Made by a program: the position numbers and the translations under genes
Assembly: GCA_046075565.1 (NCBI GenBank)
Contig: JBJTQJ010000070.1
Coordinates: 1-20,186, forward strand
Direction of reading: 5' to 3'
DNA: 20,186 nucleotides
Origin: Verrucomicrobiales bacterium
Lineage (GTDB): Bacteria > Verrucomicrobiota > Verrucomicrobiia > Verrucomicrobiales > SLCJ01
Shown: piece by piece, positions 8,489-16,917 of the stretch
Numbering within the stretch: position 1 is the first letter of the stretch
Layout: each line of letters starts with the position of its first letter
Notes under the pieces: generated by a model
The model's database searches: none
What the model was told of the DNA's origin: nothing
Seen by the model: only the letters and a program-made list of their open reading frames with translations

Positions 8489-8971
8489 TCAACGCAACTT
8501 TCGTTTCCGGGATTTGCCCGCGAGAAGTCCCGCGGCGCAGGCCAGCGCGGCAGGAAGATTCACTCCGCCTTCTCCTCCGAGGGAATGGTCAATCGCCTCC
8601 AGTCGCTGGATCCATGGCCGGGCTTCCCCGCGCGAGACGGGTCCTCCGGCGGCGGCGCAAAAGTGGGTCCGGCATCCGAAAGGACGATCAAAATGGATGC
8701 GGCATCGACCCTCCGCCAAAAACGGACAGGCGCCATCCGGGCCCAAGGGCGGAACTTCCCCTCTTCCGGTCGCTCGCCAAGCCTTCACGGCCACCAGCGC
8801 CTCCCCGAGCGTCAGATACGGTGTGCGCCCGGTGCGTTGGAAATGACAGCAGTCCGCCCGGCCGATACACGACCGCTCGGGCGGCGGCAAGGCCTCATAC
8901 GCGGCATAGACATTCCGCACCGCCGCGATGGCATCGGCGGTCTCGAAAGGAATGTCCGGACGACGGGGCAT
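8489..8971 (-). CDS. YkgJ-family cysteine cluster protein (putative Zn/Fe-S chelating)
   Basis: C-IGRAD-CC near the N-terminus and CPFL..GRCRIHFDRPFGCRTHFC. An alternative start at 9019 would overlap the upstream stop (ATGA). Confidence 0.85.
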   Translation of the reverse strand: MPRRPDIPFETADAIAAVRNVYAAYEALPPPERSCIGRADCCHFQRTGRTPYLTLGEALVAVKAWRATGRGEVPPLGPDGACPFLAEGRCRIHFDRPFGCRTHFCAAAGGPVSRGEARPWIQRLEAIDHSLGGEGGVNLPAALACAAGLLAGKSRKRKLR

Positions 8972-9015
8972 GGGAAAATCAATACGCGATGACCCGGCTA
9001 CGCAAGCGTCGGTCC

Positions 9016-9549
9016 TCATGCGATAGGATCCGGGCAGCGGTCGCGCAGCCCGCAATCCGCGCAGGGTTCGCCGAGGAAAAGACGATCAAAATACTCCATC
9101 AGTTGGCGCACGGCGGGACGAGACCGCGTGAGGCAACCCGCCTCGAAGTTGCGGCGAAGGTCCGACTTCGGACCGAGTCCGGCTCCGGTGAAATTCGCAC
9201 TGCCCGTATAAGCCCAGCGTCCATCGACAATCACCAGTTTTGCGTGAAGCCGCGGGCACAGCAGCCGCTCGAAGCGTTCGGATCGCAGCGCGGGAAATCG
9301 ATCAAAATCGCGCCGGAACCGCGGACCCGGTTCCTTCGCATGCAACAGTCGCACTTCGACACCATTCTCGATCAATTCGGCGAGGACCCCGAGAAATGGA
9401 ATGTATCTGCCTTTGCCCGCGCGCACATGCATGTCCTTCAAATCCGCCGTGGCAATCCAGACGAATTTCCGCGCCGCCGGAATCATCTCGACGAGCAGGC
9501 GCTCGTGATGCGCCGCATCCACGATTACTTCCCATGGGCTTTCCTCCAT
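9016..9549 (-). CDS. Single-HKD phospholipase D-like domain protein with C-terminal Cys cluster
   Basis: LHAKLVIVDGRWAYTGSANFT (HxKxxxxD...GSxN), NFEAG, GVEVRLL, C-terminal CADCGLRDRC. No signal peptide. Confidence 0.9.
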   Translation of the reverse strand: MEESPWEVIVDAAHHERLLVEMIPAARKFVWIATADLKDMHVRAGKGRYIPFLGVLAELIENGVEVRLLHAKEPGPRFRRDFDRFPALRSERFERLLCPRLHAKLVIVDGRWAYTGSANFTGAGLGPKSDLRRNFEAGCLTRSRPAVRQLMEYFDRLFLGEPCADCGLRDRCPDPIA

Positions 9550-9554
9550 GCCCA

Positions 9555-9866
9555 CTATGCTCGCACCGGGGAACACGCCCGGCAAGCGGCGAGAACTTTA
9601 CTGTAGGCCACGGCCGCTGGCTCTTCATCGACTTCGATATCAACCGCCGTGTCGGAACGGACGAGGATGTCGTCGGCTCCGGGGTTTTCAGTAGTCGAAT
9701 ACCGGCTCATGGACTCGAGGGAATAGGTCGTGACTAGGGCGGGCTGGCCTTTCCTGGTGCTGACGCGGTTGCCCAATCCATCGTAGTTGTAGCCAACTTT
9801 CAGAGCGGGCACAAGATCTGAATTCGACGGGCGTTTTCCGAGTGCTGGATAAAGGTTCCCTTTCAC
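9555..9866 (-). pseudogene. Remnant of an RHS/YD-repeat protein gene
   Basis: GYNYDGLGNRVST followed by TTYSLESMSRYSTTENPG, a decayed Y-x-x-N-x-L-N-Q-Y-like repeat. Only about 80 codons look RHS-like; no RHS core or toxin tip. Confidence 0.6.
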
Positions 9867-10138
9867 CCCAAAAAATCGTCAATCCCTGAAGCCGACGAGG
9901 ACGTCGGCGATCCCAGCAGGATCCAGGCACCGACGGCAGGTATTTGCGGTTTCCACAATCGGGACGGTCGCCACAGGATATTCGGGGAAACCACAATCCT
10001 GTGGTTTCAGAAGATGCGGGGGAGATTGCCATGGATTCGCAGCAATCCTGCTGCCACGACAGAAGTGTCGTGGCTCCGAACCAAGCGAAACGAAGCTTTG
10101 CGTGGAAAGTTATCTCGTTTAGCCTCCCGTCCACACTC

Positions 10139-11398
10139 ATGCCAGCCCGCACCACCTCCCGCTTTCCCGTCGCCCTTCTGCTGGCAATCTCGCTGGCGAG
10201 TGCTTCGCTTTCCTGCCGCATGTGGCCGGATGATGTCTTGCGCCCCGCGACGGCGCATGCCGGAGCGAGCCGGGTGGATCTGCTTCTCGCGACAACTAGG
10301 GAGCCCGATGAGGATCCATTGGTCGGGTTTAGTTCCCGGCGTTCGAGTGACCTTCACTATGCGCGTTTTGCCATGAGCGTGCCGCCCGTGCACAAGCCGG
10401 GTAAAATCAAGTGGCCACGTTCGATTCCACCGGATGCCGAAATCCAGCTCTGCGTGATCGATTGGCAAAAGATCGATTGCGTAGCCTTTTCCAAAGAGCT
10501 GAAGAACGCCGTGGGCCCACGCGGACGCCAAGTATTCCTCATCGTCCATGGTTATAACACAGGGTTCGCTCTCGCTTTGTTGCGCTCCACCCAGCTCCTC
10601 CATGATTCGCAACTCGATGTCGCGCCCGTTTTGTTCTCGTGGGCCTCGCGGGGCAGGCTCTCCAGTTATGGTTACGACCGCGAGAGTGCATCCATGGCCC
10701 GCGACGGACTCGAGGACCTTCTGCGGCAGTTCGATGCTGACCCGCAGGTCGGCTCGGTATCCATCCTTGCCCATTCGATGGGCACGTGGTTGACCATGGA
10801 AACACTGCGGCAAATGGGCATCGCCCGTCGTGGTGGCATGGGAAAAATCCGCGACATCGTGCTGGCCGCGCCGGATATCGATCCAGCGGAGTTTCGCGTG
10901 CAATGGCAGCGCGCCCGCGAAGCAATGCCGGAGTCCAAGGTTCCCCGCATCACCATCTTTTCCTCGGGCGATGACATCGCCCTGAAAACTTCGACAAAAC
11001 TCTGGGGCAACAAGGAGCGCCTCGGCCTGCTTGATCCCAATGCACCGGATTTCCCCTCATGGATGGAGAAAAATGAAGTGACCGTGATCGACATCACCCG
11101 CCTGCGGTCCGGGGATCCGATCAGTCATTCCAAATACGCCAATGCCCCCGGTATTCCGCGGGAGATTGGAAAGCTCATCGCCAGCGGGCAATTGGATCCG
11201 ACGGGGCGGGCTGGTGTCGGCGAACGCATCGCCAGCGGTGCCGCGGGCCTCTCCGGAGATGCCGCGCGAACCATCGTCGGAGTCGCCACCGCCCCGCTCG
11301 CGGTCACCGACGATGCCGGACGCAAGCGCCTCAGCGACCGCATTGGCGATCTCTTTGGACGACGCAAGCAAACGGGTAAGCCCGGTCAAAACGAATAG
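10139..11398 (+). CDS. Alpha/beta hydrolase, DUF900-type esterase/lipase, probable lipoprotein
   Basis: ATG 10139 gives a lipoprotein-like signal (LLLAISLASASLSC). Motifs LLATTR, IVHGYNT, FSWASRG, YGYDRES, nucleophile AHSMG, VLAAPDID, HSKYA. Confidence 0.9.
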   Translation: MPARTTSRFPVALLLAISLASASLSCRMWPDDVLRPATAHAGASRVDLLLATTREPDEDPLVGFSSRRSSDLHYARFAMSVPPVHKPGKIKWPRSIPPDAEIQLCVIDWQKIDCVAFSKELKNAVGPRGRQVFLIVHGYNTGFALALLRSTQLLHDSQLDVAPVLFSWASRGRLSSYGYDRESASMARDGLEDLLRQFDADPQVGSVSILAHSMGTWLTMETLRQMGIARRGGMGKIRDIVLAAPDIDPAEFRVQWQRAREAMPESKVPRITIFSSGDDIALKTSTKLWGNKERLGLLDPNAPDFPSWMEKNEVTVIDITRLRSGDPISHSKYANAPGIPREIGKLIASGQLDPTGRAGVGERIASGAAGLSGDAARTIVGVATAPLAVTDDAGRKRLSDRIGDLFGRRKQTGKPGQNE

Positions 11399-11434
11399 CA
11401 CCCGCGAGTGGCATGTTGATGCCACCCGCGTGTG
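11399..11434. terminator. Hairpin between convergent genes, possible bidirectional terminator
   Basis: CGCG-A-GTGGCAT-GTTG-ATGCCAC-C-CGCG, extended by CAC/GTG; weak U-tracts. Confidence 0.45.
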
Positions 11435-11452
11435 ATTGATCCTTCGACTCTC

Positions 11453-14400
11453 TTATCCCAACTCCACTTCGACCGCATGGCTGGCACCGTCGGCGAAGAT
11501 CGGCCAACGGGCTGAGCCATTCGTGATGGAGACGGCCTTGCCATCAACACTGCAGCTCCGCACCGTCGCGGCAGCGCCATTCGAGTTGCGGACATTGATG
11601 ACATGAGAGGTCTTTCCATCAGGTTCGGTCCAGGTGATGGAATAGCCGGGCCAGGCGTCGGGGATCCGCGGGGCAAGTTTGATCTCTTTGCCCCCGTGCA
11701 GGGTCAGGCCGAGCACGGATTCGATCACGACACGGTGGAACCATCCGGCGGAACCGGTATACCATGACCATCCGCCGCGTCCAACGTGGGGCGAGGCTCC
11801 GTAGATGTCGGCGACGATCACGTAAGGTTCAGTCTGGTAACGTGCGACCGCTTTTTCATCACGGGTGTGCCAGACCGGACTCATTTTTTCCAGCAAAGCG
11901 GCAGCGGTATCGCGGCGACCGGCTTCGGCCATCGCGCGCACCACCCAGCAGGCGGCATGGGTGTATTGGCCTCCATTTTCCCGCACACCAGCGACATAAC
12001 CCTTGATATATCCTGGGTCATGCGGGGTATCGACGAAGGGCGGGGTTAACAAACGAATGATACCGGCATCGGAATCCACGAGGCGCGCTTCGAGGGCATC
12101 AAGAGCGGCGCCGGCGCGATCCGGAGGAGCGGCTTTGGAAATGACCGCCCATGCCTGGGCGAGCGCATCGATGATACACTCGTCGCCTTCAATGGTTCCG
12201 AGCGGCGTGCCATCATCGTAGTAAGCCCGGCGATACCATGCGCCATCCCAACCGGAGGTCTGCAGGGCGTTACGTAAGTCTGCGAGGTAGCGCTCATAGG
12301 TTTCGGCACGTGTGGTTTCGCCGCGGGCGCAGCAAAGCGGAATCCACTTCCCGAGGATATCATGGAGGAAGAACCCGAGCCAGACGCTCTCTCCTTTGCC
12401 TTCGCGCCCGATGCGGCTCATGCCATCGTTCCAATCGCCGATGCCCATGAGCGGGAGTCCATGCGCACCGCGTGTGAGCGAACGGTCGATGGAACGACAG
12501 GCGTGTTCGAAGACGGTTCCGATTTCTCCCGAGATCTCGGGTTTCATGTATTTTTCATCCTCTCCGGCGGGCAACGGCTCGGCGGTGAGGAATGGCCGGA
12601 CCTCGTCGAACACACTCGCATCACCGGTGGTCTCAAGATAATGGCAAAGCAGGTAAGGCAACCAGAGCAGGTCGTCAGAGAAGTTCGTTCTCATGCCGCG
12701 GTTCATCGGCTCCGGATGCCACCAATGCAGGACGTCGCCTTCGCGGAACTGGTTGGCCGCATGCAGCAAGATCTGCGCACGGAATAGCTCGGGGCGGAGG
12801 GTTGCCAGAGACCCCGAATCCTGCAACTGGTCTCGGAATCCATAGGCACCACCCGATTGATAGAAGGCGCTGCGGCCCCAGATCCGACAGGCCAAGTTCT
12901 GGTAGAGCAACCAGCCATTGACCAGACGATCAATCCCCGGCAGCGGGGTTTGGATTTGCACCTTCCCGAGAAGACTTTTCCAGAATGCGAGCGAGCGGTT
13001 GATGGTCTCCTCGGCGGCTTGGGGTCGAAGATACTTCGCCGCCACCGCGGAGATTTCACTTTCACTCATCGCTTCGCCGAACAGGAAAACAATCTCACCT
13101 GATCCATTCCCTTCGAGACTCACGCGGAAGGCCCGCCCGAAGCCGGCATCACGTCCGAATCCACGCTCGGCACCCGGCGCAATGCCATCCCAACAACGCG
13201 GGGCACGTCGATCCAACAACGGACCAAACATGGCGGAGCGAGAATGAACGAAAGCAGTCTGCTCCGGGGCAATGCCCCCGACGGTCGCGGCGGCAAAAGC
13301 GATGCCGCCATGGAAATCACCCGCGCGCGGATTGACGGCCCGGCTGATGCCGTCGCCGCCTGTCCAGGCCAGTGTCGCATGATGGCGATCCATTTGTGAA
13401 GCCATGACCAGATCCATCCAATGGGCGGCATCGAGTTCGCGCGGTGCGCTCCCCTTGTTTTCGATGCGCAACACGATCAGCTTGACCGCATCATCGGGAG
13501 GCACGACGAAGGTCGTTTCCATTTTCAAACCGTCGAATTCGCTAACAAATCGAGTTGTTCCATGCCCGTGGGTCACGAGGCAGGGGACTTGAGCCCGGCA
13601 AGGCCCCGGCAATGGGGACCAGACTCTGCCGGTCGCAGGATCTCGCAGGTAGATCGCCTCGGTATGGGGATCGCGCACCGGATCGTTCGACCACGGGCTC
13701 AGGCGGTTGGCCTGGCTATTGCGCGCCCAAGTGTATCCGGCTCCGCTATCGCTGACCAGACAACCGAATCGTTCGTTGGCGAGCACGTTGATCCACGGCA
13801 TGGGCGGGCGCTTGAGCCGCCCGTTTTCCATGGGCTGGACCACCGCGTATTCGTTCGCTTCGGTGAACCCGCCATGGCCATTCCAATGTGCGAGTTTTTT
13901 CCCCTCGGCCAGTGGCATATCAAGGAATGCCGGAGCCTGCGGTGTTGGAAGGACCTCGGAAGCGGCTTCGGGCAGAGCCGGGATTTTGTCCCCGACGACC
14001 AGTTGCGCGGAAGCGGACAACCATGCCAATGCCGCAGGGGTCAGCTCTCCTGCTGCCACGGCCTCGAATCCATCCGGCAAGGGAACGGACACTTCGCCCT
14101 GCACCAGCACACGCGGATCGAGGCCCAGCGACCGCCAGTATGGAAGAGCGCGGCTCAACCATTGACCGCCCTCACTTTCCATTTTCCCCGCGAGGACAAG
14201 GCGGCTTTGTTCGGGGCCGGGCGCACGGAAGTGGACGGCATCCGCTCCATCGGCAGAATCAGGAGCCGGGGCTTTCATCTCCGGATCAGCCCCAAGCAAG
14301 GTGGCGATGAATCCCTCGCAATGTTGGCGCTCGCCGGCCGAAAGTCCTGAGCCCTTTTCTTTTGCCTCGCGCGCCGCTACCGCATCGGCAAAGAGCGCCA

Positions 14401-15160
14401 CCAAGGCATGCGAGTCTCGTGCTTCTAACAACTCAATACACTTTCCGCGATCACGATCGCAACCGGACACAACATAAATGTGGATCTCGCCACTGGCGGG
14501 CACCCGCGCCACGCCACGCCAACAGAAAACCGGATCGAGCACATTTCCCGTTTCGCCGGAAAGCGGCTCCGCCGAATCCATGAGCGCCGGCTCGTCCCAT
14601 CCGCGACCGCGACCGATGCAGGGGACGCGGTTGGTCTGCCAAGAGATGGCGGATAGGTCGCCGCCGATCATTTGACCATACCATGGCCAATGTTCGTTGC
14701 TCCCGCGCGGACGGCGGCGGGCCAGAAGCGCACGACCGCCGGGCACCGCTTCGGTCTGGACGAATAATTTCGCGAACGCCGGATGGCCGGCGTCACCCAT
14801 CGGATGATGCAGCGCCACTTCGGTGGCAAGACTCACCTGGAGTTGGCGATCGCTTCCTTTCAAATCACGGAGGGTCAGCCGCCGGATTTCCATGTCGAGT
14901 TCGGGATGCACCTCAATAGCCAGCGTGCTTTCGATGCCGAGCGAGGGCGCGTTGGCATGTTCCGTCCACTGCCCCCCTTCCGAAAGATAAACGAAGGGCC
15001 CGGAGGCGGAGGGTGCGGCTTCCTGCCAGCGGCTGAGGGAAATCCATTCGAAGAAAAGCGCGCCGCGCCCGACGGGTGTGGCAATGGAACGAAGTCGGCT
15101 ATTGCCGCGGATGAGAAGCTGGGGATGACGGACTCTCATAACAGAGGCTCGATTGGCCAT
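11453..15160 (-). CDS. GH94 glycoside phosphorylase, NdvB/ChvB C-terminal type (stand-alone)
   Basis: HPAFAKLFVQTE, GNVLDP, PWINVLANERFG, NRLSPWSNDPV, RSAFYQSGGAYGFRDQLQD, GDVLHWWH, SDDLLWLPY, GDWNDGM, GYIKGY..GVRENGGQYTHA, GRGGWSWYTGSAGW. Confidence 0.93.
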   Translation of the reverse strand: MANRASVMRVRHPQLLIRGNSRLRSIATPVGRGALFFEWISLSRWQEAAPSASGPFVYLSEGGQWTEHANAPSLGIESTLAIEVHPELDMEIRRLTLRDLKGSDRQLQVSLATEVALHHPMGDAGHPAFAKLFVQTEAVPGGRALLARRRPRGSNEHWPWYGQMIGGDLSAISWQTNRVPCIGRGRGWDEPALMDSAEPLSGETGNVLDPVFCWRGVARVPASGEIHIYVVSGCDRDRGKCIELLEARDSHALVALFADAVAAREAKEKGSGLSAGERQHCEGFIATLLGADPEMKAPAPDSADGADAVHFRAPGPEQSRLVLAGKMESEGGQWLSRALPYWRSLGLDPRVLVQGEVSVPLPDGFEAVAAGELTPAALAWLSASAQLVVGDKIPALPEAASEVLPTPQAPAFLDMPLAEGKKLAHWNGHGGFTEANEYAVVQPMENGRLKRPPMPWINVLANERFGCLVSDSGAGYTWARNSQANRLSPWSNDPVRDPHTEAIYLRDPATGRVWSPLPGPCRAQVPCLVTHGHGTTRFVSEFDGLKMETTFVVPPDDAVKLIVLRIENKGSAPRELDAAHWMDLVMASQMDRHHATLAWTGGDGISRAVNPRAGDFHGGIAFAAATVGGIAPEQTAFVHSRSAMFGPLLDRRAPRCWDGIAPGAERGFGRDAGFGRAFRVSLEGNGSGEIVFLFGEAMSESEISAVAAKYLRPQAAEETINRSLAFWKSLLGKVQIQTPLPGIDRLVNGWLLYQNLACRIWGRSAFYQSGGAYGFRDQLQDSGSLATLRPELFRAQILLHAANQFREGDVLHWWHPEPMNRGMRTNFSDDLLWLPYLLCHYLETTGDASVFDEVRPFLTAEPLPAGEDEKYMKPEISGEIGTVFEHACRSIDRSLTRGAHGLPLMGIGDWNDGMSRIGREGKGESVWLGFFLHDILGKWIPLCCARGETTRAETYERYLADLRNALQTSGWDGAWYRRAYYDDGTPLGTIEGDECIIDALAQAWAVISKAAPPDRAGAALDALEARLVDSDAGIIRLLTPPFVDTPHDPGYIKGYVAGVRENGGQYTHAACWVVRAMAEAGRRDTAAALLEKMSPVWHTRDEKAVARYQTEPYVIVADIYGASPHVGRGGWSWYTGSAGWFHRVVIESVLGLTLHGGKEIKLAPRIPDAWPGYSITWTEPDGKTSHVINVRNSNGAAATVRSCSVDGKAVSITNGSARWPIFADGASHAVEVELG

Positions 15161-15168
15161 GACCCACC

Positions 15169-15197
15169 ATGATGCAAAGAGGTGAGGACGGCGGCAA
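15169..15197 (-). promoter_or_regulatory. Putative promoter of the GH94 gene, leaderless geometry
   Basis: Minus strand TTGCCG-17-CATCAT-8 nt-ATG(15160). Confidence 0.4.
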
Positions 15198-15302
15198 GCA
15201 GGAAAGAGGCTACATGCCGAAAAATCTTGAAAGAATCTTCCCTTTCCGCCCTATCCTCCGGTTACACGTATTGCTCTGCCCCCTTCCGCCTTTCCCGTTC
15301 CC

Positions 15303-16805
15303 ATGAAGTTCCGATTTCCCATCCTTTTGCTCGCGGCTTGCGCCGCCACCCTCCCCGCTGCCGAACGCCCGAACCTGATTGTCATCATGGCCGACGACCT
15401 CGGTTACGGCGACGTTTCCTGCAATGGCAGCAAGAGCATCTCCACGCCGAACATCGACAAGGTTGCCGCCGAAGGCCTGCGCTTCACGAGCGGGTATTGC
15501 TCCGCTTCCACCTGCACCCCCACGCGCGCTTCTTTTCTCACCGGCACCTATGCGTTCCGGATTAAGAATTCCGGCATCGCCCCGCCGAATGGACCGGCCA
15601 TCATCAGACCGGGCACGCCCACTTTGGCTTCCATGCTCAAAAAACAAGGTTACGCCACGGCCGTGATTGGAAAATGGCACCTCGGCCTTGGAGTTGAGAA
15701 ACCCGATTGGAATGGCGAGCTGAAACCCGGGCCCCTCGAAATCGGATTCGACCGCTGCTTCCTGCTCCCCACCACCAACGACCGCGTCCCGCAGGTTTTC
15801 GTGGAAAACCATCGTGTTCGCAATCTCGATCCCAAAGACCCGCTCTGGGTCGGCGACCAGCAACCCTCTCCCGATCACCCGACCGGCATCAGCCACCGCG
15901 ACGAACTGAAAATGGATTGGAGCCACGGGCACAATGGCACCATCCATAATGGCATCAGCCGCATCGGCTACTACACCGGGGGCCACGCTGCCCGCTTCCG
16001 CGATCAGGATCTCGCCGATGAATGGGTGAAACAATCGAACGCCTGGATGGAAGAGAACAAAGACAAACCCTTCTTTCTTTTCCTCGCCTCCCACGACCTT
16101 CACGTGCCGCGTGCACCGCACGAACGCTTTGTCGGCAAGAGCGGGATGGGCCCCCGCGGCGACTGCATCATCGAATTTGATTGGACCATTGGCGAGATCA
16201 TGAAAACCGTCGAGCGCCTCGGGCTCTCCGAAAAAACCATGGTCGTGATCTGCTCCGACAATGGTCCCGTGCTCGACGATGGTTACAAGGACGACGCGGT
16301 GGAAAAACTCGGAGATCACAAACCAGCCGGCCCATTCAGCGGTGGAAAATACAGCACATTGGAGGGCGGCACGCGCACGCCTTTCATCACCTGGTGGAAA
16401 GGCCGCATCCAACCGGGTGTCTCCGACGAGATCGTATGCACCATCGATCTGGCCGCCAGCATGGCGAAGCTCACGGGAGCCAAGCTGGAGGAAAATGGAT
16501 TCCTCGACAGCATGGACGTCTCTGCCGCCTTGATCGGAGAAACCGGCGCGAAAGGCCGGACCAACCTCCTCCAGCAGGACAACAACGGGCAGAAACTCGG
16601 TCTGCGCGCGGGGAATTGGAAACTCGTGAAGGTTGGCAAAGGCAAAGGTCCGAAATCGCCAGGCAACCAGATGCTCTACAACCTCGCCGAGGATCCAGCC
16701 GAACAAACGAATGTCGCCAAGGACCACCCGCAGGAATTCGAAAGGATGAAAAAACTCCTCACCGGAATCATCGAAGGCGAGCGCACCCGCCCGGCGGCAC
16801 CTTGA
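15303..16805 (+). CDS. Exported formylglycine-dependent sulfatase (arylsulfatase A-like, S1)
   Basis: Signal peptide, RPNLIVIMADDLGYGD, CTPTRASFLTG (CxPxR), GKWHLG, SDNGP, GGKYSTLEGGTRTP, LYNLAEDPAEQTN. Confidence 0.96.
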   Translation: MKFRFPILLLAACAATLPAAERPNLIVIMADDLGYGDVSCNGSKSISTPNIDKVAAEGLRFTSGYCSASTCTPTRASFLTGTYAFRIKNSGIAPPNGPAIIRPGTPTLASMLKKQGYATAVIGKWHLGLGVEKPDWNGELKPGPLEIGFDRCFLLPTTNDRVPQVFVENHRVRNLDPKDPLWVGDQQPSPDHPTGISHRDELKMDWSHGHNGTIHNGISRIGYYTGGHAARFRDQDLADEWVKQSNAWMEENKDKPFFLFLASHDLHVPRAPHERFVGKSGMGPRGDCIIEFDWTIGEIMKTVERLGLSEKTMVVICSDNGPVLDDGYKDDAVEKLGDHKPAGPFSGGKYSTLEGGTRTPFITWWKGRIQPGVSDEIVCTIDLAASMAKLTGAKLEENGFLDSMDVSAALIGETGAKGRTNLLQQDNNGQKLGLRAGNWKLVKVGKGKGPKSPGNQMLYNLAEDPAEQTNVAKDHPQEFERMKKLLTGIIEGERTRPAAP

Positions 16806-16822
16806 GGCGTCAGCCCGCATAT

Positions 16823-16864
16823 CTCACCCCCTTGGCGGCCTTGGCCGCAACCAAGCCGGGTGAG
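16823..16864 (+). terminator. Long imperfect hairpin after the sulfatase
   Basis: CTCACCC..CTTG-GCGGCC-TT-GGCCGC..CAAG..GGGTGAG nested pairing starting 18 nt after the stop; no strong U-tract. Confidence 0.4.
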
Positions 16865-16882
16865 TTAGCGGTAAACTTAACC

Positions 16883-16911
16883 TTGCAATTGTGGAACACG
16901 ATTCCATAATT
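16883..16911 (+). promoter_or_regulatory. Promoter with overlapping palindromic operator
   Basis: TTGCAA(16883)-16-CATAAT(16905)-7 nt-ATG(16918). Palindrome AATTGTGGAA-N5-TTCCATAATT (16887-16911), 9 of 10 positions paired. Confidence 0.6.
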
Positions 16912-16917
16912 ACACGG

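Noticed and set aside
9016-9549. PLD protein as part of a known defence system (e.g. DISARM DrmC)
   Set aside because: No helicase, methylase or other defence partners adjacent.
9969-10006. Possible tandem NrdR boxes
   Set aside because: Several mismatches to the acaCwAtATaTwGtgt consensus and no ribonucleotide reductase gene nearby.
9944-10138. 65-codon N-terminal extension of the hydrolase ORF
   Set aside because: It would bury the signal peptide and it overlaps the hairpin cluster; ATG 10139 fits better.
15210-16820. 536-aa minus-strand ORF
   Set aside because: Antisense shadow of the sulfatase.
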